A DNA stretch of 64,000 nt from Lacinutrix sp. (GTDB lineage: Bacteria > Bacteroidota > Bacteroidia > Flavobacteriales > Flavobacteriaceae), in the NCBI RefSeq assembly GCF_037625555.1, contig NZ_JASJHV010000140.1, forward strand, positions 982-64,981. The letters are read 5' to 3'. Of this stretch, positions 8,905 through 19,596 are shown one piece after another; positions within the stretch are counted from its first letter, which is position 1, and every line of letters starts with the position of its first letter. Below the pieces are notes generated by a model. That model was not told the DNA's origin. It saw only the letters and a program-made list of their open reading frames with translations, and searched no databases. The position numbers were made by a program, and so were the translations under genes.

Positions 8905-11205
8905 CTAGTCTTTAACTTTATTCTTAAATTCATCAAACTCTCCTTCTTTAACCTCTCTTGGCCAAGTATTGTTAGATGTATCTACATCTGCAGTTTCTAA
9001 TTTTGGATCTACAGTTATAGTAACAATCTCTTTAGCAGAAGCAATAGCTTTACTAGCCTCTTTATCATTAAGTCTCCAAATTTGAGCTGGATATGTTTCT
9101 GTTTTACTAGTACCATCAGCGTAAGCATACTCAACAATTATTGGCATTACTAAACCTCCTGGTTTATTAAAAATTACACTATAAAAATACTTTGGCTCTT
9201 CCATTGTTGCACGTTCTGCTGCAGAAAAGTTATCCATTAAATATTCTTTTAAAGAGGTTGATTTTTCTGAAACACTTTCGCTAGTCATTCCTTCACTATA
9301 CTCATCACTTCCCTCTTCTACAAAATACACTAAATCTTTTTCATCTATTCCGTAACGCTTAGCCATATTTGCACCTACTTTATTTGGTTTTGTAGTTACA
9401 TAGAATTTTTTTACATCTTTAATTCCTATATCTACGTAATCTGTAGTGTAAAACCAACCTCTCCAGAACCAATCTAAATCTACTGCTGAAGCATCTTCCA
9501 TTGTACGGAAAAAGTCTTCTGGTGTTGGGTGTTTAAACATCCAACGCTTAGAATATTCTCTAAATGCATAGTCAAATAGGTCTTCACCCATTACTGTTTC
9601 ACGTAGAATATTTAATGCAGTTCCTGGCTTACCATAAGCATTGTTTCCAAATTGGTATGTATTTAAACCTTTAGTCATGATTGAAGCAATATAATTTTGA
9701 TCTCCTCCCATATAACGTGTAATATTTGCTGCTGGTCCTCGACGGGATGGGTAAGATGATTGTCCTGAAGACAATGCATCTGGATACCATTTCCCAAAGT
9801 CCTGCTCTGCAACATACTGTACAAAAGTATTTAAACCTTCATCCATCCATGTCCATTGACGCTCATCACTATTTACTATCATTGGAAAGAAATTGTGACC
9901 AACTTCGTGGATGATTACAGACATCATACCGAATTTTGTACGATCACTGTAGTTTCCTTCTGCATCTGGACGACCATAGTTCCAGCAAATCATTGGGTAT
10001 TCCATACCTTGATTTTTAGCGTGAACAGATATGGCTTTATGATAAGGGTAATCGAAAGTCATACGTGAGTATGATTTTAAAGTACTTGCTACAGCCTTAG
10101 TAGACCATTCTTCCCATAATGGGTTTCCTTCTTTTGGATACATAGAAACAGCCATTTTAATTGAACCATTGATATCTACAGCCATCATATCTAAAATAAA
10201 ACGTCTTGATGTTGCAAAACCAAAATCACGCACATTTTTAGCACTTAATTTCCAAGTTTTTGTCTTTGTGGATTTTGTTTTTTCTGCTGCAACTACTTCC
10301 TCTTGAGTTACGATTACTACTGGCTCATCAAAAGACTTCATAGCCTTCTCATAACGCTTCATCATAGTTTTTGAGTATACTTCTTTTCTATTGGTAAGTA
10401 CTCCTGTACCATCTAATACGTGATCTGCTGGTACTGTTATGTTTACATCGAAATCTCCAAATGGTAATGCAAACTCGTCGCGTCCCCAAAACTGAGAATT
10501 TTGCCATCCTTCAACATCATTATAAACTGCCATTCTAGGATAGAACTGTGCAATAACGTACGCTCTATTGTCGTCTTCTTTAAAATACTCATATCCAGAA
10601 CGTCCTCTTCCATTAACGTGATCATTAATGTTGTACCACCATTTAATAGAGAAAGAAAACTGCGCTCCTGAAGCTAAAGGTTTTGGCATTTCTACTCGCA
10701 TCATTGTGCGATTAATCATATGCTGTAAAGCTTTACCGTTTGAATCTTTTACTTCCTCAATATTAAAACCTCCATCAAATCCTTCTCCCATATAATCGTT
10801 TGCATACGATCCTATTTGAGCAACTGGGCTAACTCCACTACCTTGAATTAAAGGTGTTTTAGAATCTCTAGCACGCATGTTTTGATCTAATTGTACCCAA
10901 AGATAATTTAATACATCTGGTGAATTATTTGTGTAAGTAATAGTTTCGAAACCTGATAATTTAGCATTAACATCATCAAGCACTAAATCCATTTTATAAT
11001 CTGCTTGTTGCTGGTAATAAGCAGAACCTGGCGCACCAGAGGCTGCACGATACATGTTTGGAGTAGAAAACTCCTCGTAAAGTTGCTTGAATTTATTTTC
11101 GTTTTTATGGCCTTGTTGAGGCTCTTTTTTTTCTTGGTCTTGTTGAGCGAATACACCAACAGTAACAAAAAGTGCAGATAGCACGAAGTACTTTAAGTTG
11201 TTCAT
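8905..11205 (-). CDS. M1 family metallo-aminopeptidase
   Basis: Signal peptide, GMEYP, HEVGHNFF...WMDEG zinc motif. Confidence 0.93.
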   Translation of the reverse strand: MNNLKYFVLSALFVTVGVFAQQDQEKKEPQQGHKNENKFKQLYEEFSTPNMYRAASGAPGSAYYQQQADYKMDLVLDDVNAKLSGFETITYTNNSPDVLNYLWVQLDQNMRARDSKTPLIQGSGVSPVAQIGSYANDYMGEGFDGGFNIEEVKDSNGKALQHMINRTMMRVEMPKPLASGAQFSFSIKWWYNINDHVNGRGRSGYEYFKEDDNRAYVIAQFYPRMAVYNDVEGWQNSQFWGRDEFALPFGDFDVNITVPADHVLDGTGVLTNRKEVYSKTMMKRYEKAMKSFDEPVVIVTQEEVVAAEKTKSTKTKTWKLSAKNVRDFGFATSRRFILDMMAVDINGSIKMAVSMYPKEGNPLWEEWSTKAVASTLKSYSRMTFDYPYHKAISVHAKNQGMEYPMICWNYGRPDAEGNYSDRTKFGMMSVIIHEVGHNFFPMIVNSDERQWTWMDEGLNTFVQYVAEQDFGKWYPDALSSGQSSYPSRRGPAANITRYMGGDQNYIASIMTKGLNTYQFGNNAYGKPGTALNILRETVMGEDLFDYAFREYSKRWMFKHPTPEDFFRTMEDASAVDLDWFWRGWFYTTDYVDIGIKDVKKFYVTTKPNKVGANMAKRYGIDEKDLVYFVEEGSDEYSEGMTSESVSEKSTSLKEYLMDNFSAAERATMEEPKYFYSVIFNKPGGLVMPIIVEYAYADGTSKTETYPAQIWRLNDKEASKAIASAKEIVTITVDPKLETADVDTSNNTWPREVKEGEFDEFKNKVKD

Positions 11206-11271
11206 ATAAATTATTATTTTTCAGAATAAAGGCTGAATTTAACAATTTTTAAGATTTAAACATCTTTTTTT

Positions 11272-11772
11272 TTAGAAATTTAACATTCCTTTATTGTTTT
11301 CTGGTATTAAAATAAAAGATTTGGTTCTATCGTTTATTTTAAGACGAACAATATTTTTTTGATCGCTAAACATATCAAAAAGCACCTTGTTTTCAATTTT
11401 AAAAGATGAAATTTTGTCTATGTTCTCGACTTCTAAATAGCATTGTACAACATCTCCATCGTATTCTTTGCCAATAAATTTTATTTCAGATTCTTTTCCG
11501 TTTATAGAAATTATTATTCTTGATAGTAAATAACTCGCTATATAATTATCTATTTGGTCTTCTTTTGTGTTTGTATTTAGTACTATACTATTATTGTATC
11601 GTTCTTTAAGGAGTTTTTCGAAATCATCTATAAAAACACGTGTAATAATTTGTACAGATTGCTTTTCGCTTATATATTCAATTTTAGTAATACTAACGTA
11701 ATATTTGTGTGCACTTACAAATGCAAGAGATGCGATAATTGCTAGTAGTAAAAACGATTTAATAATTTTCAT
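11272..11772 (-). CDS. DUF6702 family protein
   Basis: HKYYVSITKIEY...RVFIDDFEKLL; start at MKIIKS, TAAGTTTG promoter at 11790-11797. Confidence 0.75.
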   Translation of the reverse strand: MKIIKSFLLLAIIASLAFVSAHKYYVSITKIEYISEKQSVQIITRVFIDDFEKLLKERYNNSIVLNTNTKEDQIDNYIASYLLSRIIISINGKESEIKFIGKEYDGDVVQCYLEVENIDKISSFKIENKVLFDMFSDQKNIVRLKINDRTKSFILIPENNKGMLNF

Positions 11773-11818
11773 GATTTTATTTTCTGTTGCAAACTTACAG
11801 AAAGAAGTCAAAAAGGTA

Positions 11819-12586
11819 TTAATTATTCTTTTCGGCTAAATTCTCCTTGTACCTAATATATTTTTCTTTCATAAATTTTAAGGCTTCTAAATCGCTAATC
11901 TCACAACGTTGCTTAAATGTTGCATCTTCTGCACAGAAATAAAAAAATTCTGCTCTTAAATCTTCAATTAATTCATTTTCTTTAAAAAAAGCTTCAGAGA
12001 GTCTGTTCTTTAAAGCATTCATCATTTTTGTATTTGCCTCTAATTTCACTCTTTTTTTAAGTTCTTTTGTACGTCCAGATATTTCATTTAATATTGGATT
12101 TAGAGGAATTAATCCTCCTCCCGAAGTTGCCTCACTTAACAGTCTTTGGCTTTTAGTTTTTAATTTTCCTTTGTATCCTGGAATGCCAACATCGTAAAAA
12201 TCTATTGTTCTTTTTGCATTAGAACTCAAAACGTCTTTTGTTAAATCGCCAGTTAAAGTAAAACCTATAAAAGCTTCTGGCAGCTCGTTAACTTGAACTT
12301 CTAAATTAACAGACATTTTTTTATTATTAATATTATCTAAAGTAACTACATGAGTGAGTGTTGTATACTGTACAGAAGTAAAAACAATACTATCATTCTT
12401 TTTAGCTTCTATTTTAAAAAAACCTTTATCATTGGTAATACTGTAGCGCTTTTGGGTTTGATTAATTACATGAACGCTTTCAACACCTTCTTCTGCATTT
12501 ACAGCGCCTTCTAATATTGTATTTTGAGAAAAACTAGCACTATAGACTAGAACTAAAAGAAAAAATATCTTACTTTTTATTTCCAT
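11819..12586 (-). CDS. Carboxypeptidase-regulatory-like domain protein
   Basis: Signal peptide, SITNDKGFFKI..DSIVFTSVQY, LNPILNEISGRTKELK. Confidence 0.8.
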   Translation of the reverse strand: MEIKSKIFFLLVLVYSASFSQNTILEGAVNAEEGVESVHVINQTQKRYSITNDKGFFKIEAKKNDSIVFTSVQYTTLTHVVTLDNINNKKMSVNLEVQVNELPEAFIGFTLTGDLTKDVLSSNAKRTIDFYDVGIPGYKGKLKTKSQRLLSEATSGGGLIPLNPILNEISGRTKELKKRVKLEANTKMMNALKNRLSEAFFKENELIEDLRAEFFYFCAEDATFKQRCEISDLEALKFMKEKYIRYKENLAEKNN

Positions 12587-13376
12587 TCTCGAGTGCTAAA
12601 AAAGTTTTGCTTTGTGAATGGATATACTCTATCAACTTTAATTCGTTTTTAGGTTCTAAAAGTGTTACATCGTATTGAGATTGTTCTATAAAACCTATAA
12701 AATCGCTTACTTTATTTTCAGGGATTTTGTAATTTTCTATAAAGTAGGAATGACTAAATTTCTGAGAAAGTATGGATATTAGCGTTTGTAATCTTGGGTC
12801 TTTTTTTTCTTTTTTATTCTTTTTCTTCTTAAAAATCAAGTTGGTTAACAATCCTATTATTGCCATACCATCTGCCTGAAATCGTTGCCTATCATTTTGA
12901 GTACCCATTGCAATATTATCTACACTAGAATGATAATCGTCTGGCATTTCGAAATTTTCAAAACTTTCAAAGTTAAAAACTATTGGATCTGAGACCTTTG
13001 CATCTAAAGCATCTGTAGCTAAATCTCCAGTTAAGTCGTAAGGCAATAAAACAACTTCATCTAAAGTGTTTATATACTCTTTTAGGTATACTTTTAGAAC
13101 CTTGGTATCTATTACTGCATCATTAATTCTGGCAGTAAAAGGTATTAATTGAATTGAAGAAATTCTAATTTCATCATTTAAAGCTACCCTTATTTTAAAA
13201 TTACCAATAGAATCTGTAACAGTACCAATATTAAAAGTTGTGTTAAAAATTGTAATATTCTCTAAATTTTCTACATCTACAATTATTTTACCCTTTACTT
13301 CAATACGCGTATCATCTTGAGCAAATAAGGAGAATGTTGAAACAAAGAATGTTAAAACAATTAATAAGTGTTTCAT
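12570..13376 (-). CDS. Carboxypeptidase-regulatory-like domain protein (paralog)
   Basis: Signal peptide, GTVTDSIGNFKI..NDEIRISSIQ, LDEVVLLPYDLTGDL. Confidence 0.8.
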   Translation of the reverse strand: MKHLLIVLTFFVSTFSLFAQDDTRIEVKGKIIVDVENLENITIFNTTFNIGTVTDSIGNFKIRVALNDEIRISSIQLIPFTARINDAVIDTKVLKVYLKEYINTLDEVVLLPYDLTGDLATDALDAKVSDPIVFNFESFENFEMPDDYHSSVDNIAMGTQNDRQRFQADGMAIIGLLTNLIFKKKKNKKEKKDPRLQTLISILSQKFSHSYFIENYKIPENKVSDFIGFIEQSQYDVTLLEPKNELKLIEYIHSQSKTFLALENGNKK

Positions 13377-13492
13377 TTATGGTAGATTTAGTATTGTAAA
13401 TAACGTTTTTTTTTATCTTAATTAAAATTTAAAGGAGTTTTAAACTTTTGTTAAAAACATACTTTATATAAATTTACAACAAATTTAACACA

Positions 13493-14200
13493 ATGAAAAG
13501 CATAATTATAGCTAGTACATCTACAGTTTACGGTGGAGAACCATTAGAATACCTTTTAGATGAGTTAAAAATTCATTTTAAAAACACAGAGGAAATTCTA
13601 TTTATCCCTTATGCTAGGCCAAGTGGTATTTCTCATGAAGAATATACCCGAAAAATAAAAAAGCCATTTAAAAGCATTGGTAAAAGCGTAAAGGGAATTC
13701 ATGAATTTAAAGACACAAAAAAAGCATTAAAGGAAGCTAAAGGTATTTATGTTGGTGGTGGAAACACTTTTGTTTTAGTAAGCCAGCTCTATAAAAATAA
13801 TTGTATCAACGTTTTAAAAGAGGTTATAAATAACGGCACACCATATCTTGGAACAAGTGCTGGTAGTAATATTTGTGGCCTAAACATGAACACTACTAAC
13901 GATATGCCTATTGTTTATCCTCCTAGTTTTAAAACCTTAGGCCTTGTGGCTTTTAATATTAATCCGCATTACTTAGACCCTATAGAAGGAAGCAAGCATA
14001 TGGGTGAAACAAGAGAAACACGTATTAAAGAATTTCATAAATTTAATACTCAACCAGTAATTGGGCTAAGAGAAGGAAGTTTTATTGAAGTAAAAGGGAA
14101 AGATATTATTTTAAGAGGAAACTTAGAAGCAAGAATTTTTGAATACGAGAAGGAAGCCTATGAAATTAAAACAAATACTTTTTTAAATGAATTAAAATAA
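13493..14200 (+). CDS. pepE: Dipeptidase E (S51)
   Basis: GGGNTF, GTSAGSN nucleophile motif, INPHY, HMGETRETRIKEF. Confidence 0.95.
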   Translation: MKSIIIASTSTVYGGEPLEYLLDELKIHFKNTEEILFIPYARPSGISHEEYTRKIKKPFKSIGKSVKGIHEFKDTKKALKEAKGIYVGGGNTFVLVSQLYKNNCINVLKEVINNGTPYLGTSAGSNICGLNMNTTNDMPIVYPPSFKTLGLVAFNINPHYLDPIEGSKHMGETRETRIKEFHKFNTQPVIGLREGSFIEVKGKDIILRGNLEARIFEYEKEAYEIKTNTFLNELK

Positions 14201-14202
14201 AA

Positions 14203-14229
14203 AAAGCTTCATCGATTAGATGAAGCTTT
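14203..14229. terminator. Bidirectional hairpin between pepE and tRNA-Gly
   Basis: AAAGCTTCATC-GATTA-GATGAAGCTTT. Confidence 0.65.
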
Positions 14230-14231
14230 AG

Positions 14232-14304
14232 AGCGAGAGACCAGGTTCGAACTGGCGACATTCAGCTTGGAAGGCTGACGCTCTACCAACTGAGCTACTC
14301 TCGC
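14232..14304 (-). tRNA. tRNA-Gly(TCC)
   Basis: GCGAGAGTAGCTCAGTTGGTAGAGCGTCAGCCTTCCAAGCTGAATGTCGCCAGTTCGAACCTGGTCTCTCGCT: 73-nt cloverleaf, anticodon TCC. Confidence 0.97.
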
Positions 14305-14352
14305 ATTTCCGATGGTAAATATATACAAACTATTATATGTAATGCAAGAAAA

Positions 14353-14777
14353 TTATAGCGTTTTATGAAAATGATATCCAAAAATTTCATAACCTTCATT
14401 GTAATAAAATTTATGAGAAGAGTAATTTTGAACATAAGTGTTTAATTCTGAAGCATTACAACCTTTAGACAAAGCATAATCGTATAACCATTTAAAAAAT
14501 AATTTACTTAACCTTTTCCTTGAAAACTATCTTCTATGTAAACATGATCTACCTCCGTGGATTTCCCACAATAATGCATTGTTTGAAACCACATGCCACA
14601 AATACCTATTAATTTTTCGTTTTCAAAAACACCAGCACACTCGTAATTCTCGTTTACCATTAAAGAAAAACATTCTTCTAGTAAACTGTCTGAATTTGGA
14701 TTATTCGTTAATTTTTGAATTAACGGAATGATACTATTAATATCTTTTTTATCAATAATTTTAAAACTGAAAGGCAT
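14353..14777 (-). pseudogene. GNAT acetyltransferase, frameshifted
   Basis: 1-nt deletion in the acetyl-CoA motif QGKG(L) near 14508; other frame continues KLFFKWLYDYALSKGCNASELNTYVQN..HKFYYNEGY. Confidence 0.85.
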
Positions 14778-14862
14778 GGCAATAATTTTTAGTAATTTTA
14801 GTTAAATTTAGAACACTTCAACACACTCAAAAAAACAACTAGAAATACAAATATTAAACTTA

Positions 14863-15590
14863 ATGAATAACAAAAGGTTTTTTAAAATTCTAATAATAGT
14901 AATTTCAGTAATTACTATTCTTCCTCAACCTGCTTTTTGCCAAACTACAATTTCTGAAGACGAATTAATTGGAAAAGGAAACCCTAATCTTTATGGAGAA
15001 GGTTTTAAATTAAGAAAGGATGCTTATTTAGCTTTTAAAGAAATGCAAGCTGAAGCCATAAAAAGCAATCTTAAAATTGGAGCTGTTTCTAGTTATCGAA
15101 GTTTTGCACACCAAAAACGCATTTGGGAACGTAAATTTAAAAGTAATGAAGCGAACGGGCTTTTACCTAAAGAAAACATAAAAAAATAATAGAATACTCA
15201 ACAATTCCAGGAACTTCTAGACATCATTAGGGAACAGACATAGATGTTTTTCAAACCAATGTAAAGCAACCAAGATGCACTCTATTAGAATCTAATTTTC
15301 ATAATAATGGAGCCTATTGTAAGCTTAAAGAATGGATGGATTTACATGCGAAAAATTATGGCTTTTATTTAGCTTATACAGATTTACCTATGCGAAAAGG
15401 CTTTAAATACGAGCCTTGGCATTACAGTTACAAACCATTATCTTCTAAATACCTAAAAGCTTATAAGCAATTGAATATTGAACAAATTCTAAAAAACGAT
15501 AATCTTATAGGAAGCAAAAGCTTTACAGAAGGTTTTATTACAAAATATACAAGAGAAAATATTTTAGATATTAATCCCGAACTTTTGTAA
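14863..15590 (+). pseudogene. M15 (VanY-like) D-Ala-D-Ala carboxypeptidase, pseudogene
   Basis: SSYRSF; -1 frameshift in A-run near 15185; PGTSRHH*GTDID (TAG where Trp expected); YEPWHYSY in last fragment. Confidence 0.9.
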
Positions 15591-15619
15591 CTTTATGACC
15601 TAACTAACATATTCAATAC

Positions 15620-16392
15620 ATGAAAAAAGGTGGGCTTAAAGGACGATTATTAATAGGTGTTGCAATTGCAGCATTTTTTCTAATTAAGCATTTTATGAAT
15701 AGAGAAGAAAATCCTTACACTGGAAGAGTTCAATCTATATCTATGACTCCTGATGATGAAATTCGAATGGGACTCTCTGGAATAAACCAAATGGCACAAC
15801 AACATGGTGGTTTATATCCAAACGAGCAATAGCAAACATTAGTAGATAATATTGGCAATAAGCTTGTTAATAGTAGTATAGCAAAAGACACACCATACAA
15901 ATACGATTTTCATCTTCTTGCAGATCCAAATACAATAAACGCTTTCGCCTTACCTGGTGGACAAATATATATTACTTATGCTTTGTTTTCAAAATTAAAA
16001 AATGAAGATCAGCTAGCAGGAGTCTTAGGCCATGAAATTGGACATGTTTTAGAAAAACATTCTGCAGAGAGAATTGAAAGCGGAAAATTACTTCAAGGCC
16101 TTACCACTGCTGGATCTGTTGGTGCAGATATTGGTGGACTAATATCTCAAGGAGGACAAAGTCTTTTACTTAAAAACGGAAGAGACGACGAATTAGAAAG
16201 CGACTAGCTTGGAGTTCGTTTCATGATGCGTGCAGGTTACGATCCAGAAGAAATGATAGGCGTTATGCAAATTTTAAAAGATGCAGCTGGACCTAACAGA
16301 CAGCCAGAGTTCGCAAGCTCTCACCCAGATCCAGACAATAGAATAGAATAGAAAATATTAGAGAAGCCATAGAACGCTATAGACGAAACTAA
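15620..16392 (+). pseudogene. M48 family metalloprotease, pseudogene
   Basis: INAFALPGG, HEIGH, SSHPDPDNR; in-frame TAGs at 15830 and 16205; AATAG tandem expansion near 16340. Confidence 0.9.
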
Positions 16393-16446
16393 ATCGTTTT
16401 CGTTAAACTACGCTTTAAAGTACTATTAATACAGGACTTTCTTTAT

Positions 16447-16454
16447 TATATTTG
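16447..16454 (+). promoter_or_regulatory. -7 promoter element for gpmI
   Basis: TATATTTG matches TAnnTTTG. Confidence 0.55.
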
Positions 16455-16473
16455 TTTACTTAACATAATACAC

Positions 16474-17991
16474 ATGAACAAAAAAGTCATCCTTATGATA
16501 CTTGATGGTTGGGGAAAAAGCCCAGACCCAAAAGTATCCGCCATAGACAATGCAAATACTTCTTTTATAGATAATTTGTACACAAAATATGCACATGCGC
16601 AACTAAGAACAGATGGTTTACATGTTGGTTTACCTGAAGGTCAAATGGGAAATAGTGAAGTTGGACACATGAATTTAGGTGCTGGACGCATTGTTTATCA
16701 AGACTTAGCAAAAATTAATTTAGCAATAAAAAACAATACTTTAGCGCAAGAAAAAGTAATAGTAGATGCGTTAAATTATGCTAAAGCTAAAGAAAAAAAC
16801 ATTCATTTATTAGGTTTGGTTAGTGATGGTGGAGTACATTCTCATATTAACCACTTAAAAGCATTAATGGATACTATAGAAAATGCTGGTGTTAAAAACA
16901 CATATATTCATGCCTTTACAGATGGTCGTGATGTAGATCCTAAATCTGGAAAAGGATTTATTGAAGATTTAGAAAACTACACTAAAAATAAGAATACAGA
17001 AATAGCATCAATTATAGGTCGATACTACGCAATGGATCGTGATAACCGTTGGGAACGTGTTAAACTAGCTTACAATGCTTTGGTTAATGGTGCTGGCGAA
17101 TTATCTAATAATTTAACTGAAAGTGTTCAAAAACATTACGATACAGATATTACAGATGAATTTATAAAACCCATTATAAAAACCAATACAGATGGCCTTC
17201 CGTTAGCAACTATAAAAGAAGACGATGTTGTTCTATTTTTTAATTTTAGAACAGATAGAGGTCGAGAATTAACAGACGTATTATACCAGAACGATCATCA
17301 CGCACAAAACATGCATAAATTAAATTTGTACTATGTTACAATGACAAATTATGGTGATGCTTTTAAAGGTATTCATATTATTTTCGATAAAGATAATATT
17401 ACAGAAACTTTAGGTGAAGTATTAGAAAAAAACAATAAAACCCAAATTAGAATTGCGGAAACAGAAAAATATCCACATGTTACGTTTTTCTTTTCTGGAG
17501 GAAGAGAAGAGCCTTTTAAGGGCGAATCTCGTATATTAAAAAACTCTCCAAAAGTAGCGACTTATGACTTAAAACCAGAAATGAGTGCTTTTGAATTAAC
17601 AGAAACTTTAATTCCAGAATTACAGAAAGGTGATGTAGATTTTGTGTGCTTAAATTTTGCAAATGGAGATATGGTTGGGCATACTGGCTCTATGTCTGCT
17701 GCCATAAAAGCCTGTGAGGCTGTAGACGTTTGTGTAGAAAAAGTGGTGAAATCTGCTTTAGTAAATGGCTATACAACTCTACTTATTGCAGACCATGGAA
17801 ATTGCGAAACAATGATGAATACTGATGGCTCTCCAAATACAGCACACACTACAAATCCTGTTCCTATTATTCTAATTGACAATAAATTAAAACAGATAAA
17901 GAATGGTGTTTTAGGTGATTTAGCACCAACAATTCTAAAACTTATAGGTATAGAAAAGCCTTTAGTTATGACACAGGAGAGTTTGATATAA
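16474..17991 (+). CDS. gpmI: 2,3-bisphosphoglycerate-independent phosphoglycerate mutase
   Basis: LDGWG, MGNSEVGH, ETEKYPHVT, DMVGHTG, DHGN. Confidence 0.97.
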   Translation: MNKKVILMILDGWGKSPDPKVSAIDNANTSFIDNLYTKYAHAQLRTDGLHVGLPEGQMGNSEVGHMNLGAGRIVYQDLAKINLAIKNNTLAQEKVIVDALNYAKAKEKNIHLLGLVSDGGVHSHINHLKALMDTIENAGVKNTYIHAFTDGRDVDPKSGKGFIEDLENYTKNKNTEIASIIGRYYAMDRDNRWERVKLAYNALVNGAGELSNNLTESVQKHYDTDITDEFIKPIIKTNTDGLPLATIKEDDVVLFFNFRTDRGRELTDVLYQNDHHAQNMHKLNLYYVTMTNYGDAFKGIHIIFDKDNITETLGEVLEKNNKTQIRIAETEKYPHVTFFFSGGREEPFKGESRILKNSPKVATYDLKPEMSAFELTETLIPELQKGDVDFVCLNFANGDMVGHTGSMSAAIKACEAVDVCVEKVVKSALVNGYTTLLIADHGNCETMMNTDGSPNTAHTTNPVPIILIDNKLKQIKNGVLGDLAPTILKLIGIEKPLVMTQESLI

Positions 17992-18520
17992 TCCGTTATA
18001 GATTGAAAAAAAAGCTTTATTACAGTGTGATGGAGATGTGGTGTCTGTAGATGGTGTATCTACCTTAGAATTTGATCAACCTATCACTAATTATTCCGTA
18101 TCAATAAATCATAGAAACCACTTAGGCGTAATAACTAATAATACTTTCAGTTTAAATGGAACACCTTCGGTTATAAATTTTACAGATGCTAACAACCAAA
18201 TTACTTATGGAATCAATGCGCAAACTGCTTTTGGTATGCTAGTGTTTTAGTAGGTATGTGGTCTGGGAATTTAAATGATGATGATATTGTACAATATTCT
18301 GGTACTAACCCAGACGTGCCAAGTATACTCTCAGTAGTTTTAAACGATTCAGGTAATTTTCTAAATTTCCTTTCCTATATAATAAATGGATATAATGCTA
18401 ATGATGTGAATATGGATGGTAAAACCCAATACACAGATTCAGAACCAGACACGACTTTAATTTTACAAAATGTTTTAGCGCATCCAGGAAATTTTTTAAA
18501 TTTCACTTCATATCAAATTC
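17992..18520 (+). pseudogene. Remnant of shared dockerin-like ('hemagglutinin-protein') C-terminal domain, copy 1
   Basis: KALLQCDGDVVSVDG..HRNHLGV..MWSGNLNDD..NDVNMDGKTQYT..NFLNFTSYQI; no 5' part, frameshift near 18245, terminal EQLP replaced by another gene's remnant. Confidence 0.85.
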
Positions 18521-18655
18521 ATGTTTTAACTCCTCATACCTATTAGTCATTGTGTGAATTAAAGCTTGTGGAGCCGCAGCTGCTGCTTGTATATAAACAC
18601 GATTATTAGATTTTTTAACTTTTACTGCTTCTTCTGCACTAACTGGTGAAAACAT
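18519..18655 (-). pseudogene. 5' remnant of acetyl-CoA hydrolase/CoA-transferase
   Basis: MFSPVSAEEAVKVKKSNNRVYIQAAAAAPQALIHTMTNRYEELKH matches the family N-terminus; remainder deleted. Confidence 0.75.
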
Positions 18656-18750
18656 ATTTTAAAATTTTAGATTACAAAAATACAATCTAAAACATTTTAA
18701 AAACCTACCAAAAGTCATATTCTAAGAAGAAAAAAGCAGTTTATTTTAAT

Positions 18751-18758
18751 TATATTTG
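18751..18758 (+). promoter_or_regulatory. -7 promoter element for map
   Basis: TATATTTG matches TAnnTTTG. Confidence 0.55.
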
Positions 18759-18775
18759 TGCATATTTTTTTGAAT

Positions 18776-19594
18776 ATGATTATAGTAAAGACAAAAGAGG
18801 AAATTGAATTAATGCGAGAAGCTGCACTTGTAGTTTCTAAAACTTTAGGTGAAGTTGCAAAAGCCGTAAAACCAGGTGTTACTTCATTAGAGTTAGATGA
18901 AATTGCAGAAGCTTGCATTAGAGATCAAGGTGCAATACCTGGTTTTTTAGGTTTATATGACTTCCCTAATACACTTTGCATGAGTCCGAACTCGCAAGTA
19001 GTTCATGGTATACCAAATAAAACACCATTGGTAGAAGGCGATATTATTTCTATAGACTGTGGTGCTATAAAACATGGCTTTTATGGAGATCACGCATATA
19101 CTTTTGGTGTTGGAGAAATAGATCCTGAAACCAAAAAATTACTTCAAGTAACCAAAGAATCTTTATATGTTGGTATAAAAGAATTAAAAGTTGGAAATCG
19201 TGTAGGCGATGTTGGCTATGCGATACAAAAATATTGCGAAGACCATGGTTATGGAGTAGTAAGAGAACTTGTTGGGCATGGCTTAGGGCTTGTTATGCAT
19301 GAAGATCCAGAAATGCCAAACTATGGTAAACGTGGTCGTGGTAAAAAATTTATTGAAGGTATGGTTGTTGCTATAGAGCCAATGATAAATTTAGGAACAC
19401 AACGCATTAAACAACATAGAGACGGTTGGACAATTACAACACAAGATGGCAAACCTAGCGCACATTTTGAACATGATGTAGCCATTGTAGATGGAAAGCC
19501 AGAAATACTATCCACTTTTGGTTATATATACGATGCTTTAGGTATAGAAAGTAATGAAGAAGATGAATTTAGACAGAAGGCTTTGGTGCTTTAA
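18776..19594 (+). CDS. map: Methionine aminopeptidase type I
   Basis: VVHGIP, IDCG, GDHA, GHGLG..HEDP, IEPM, SAHFEH. Confidence 0.97.
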   Translation: MIIVKTKEEIELMREAALVVSKTLGEVAKAVKPGVTSLELDEIAEACIRDQGAIPGFLGLYDFPNTLCMSPNSQVVHGIPNKTPLVEGDIISIDCGAIKHGFYGDHAYTFGVGEIDPETKKLLQVTKESLYVGIKELKVGNRVGDVGYAIQKYCEDHGYGVVRELVGHGLGLVMHEDPEMPNYGKRGRGKKFIEGMVVAIEPMINLGTQRIKQHRDGWTITTQDGKPSAHFEHDVAIVDGKPEILSTFGYIYDALGIESNEEDEFRQKALVL

Positions 19595-19596
19595 AT

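Noticed and set aside
14232-16392. Genomic island at tRNA-Gly
   Set aside because: No integrase or duplicated tRNA end; neighbours are ordinary chromosomal genes, merely decayed
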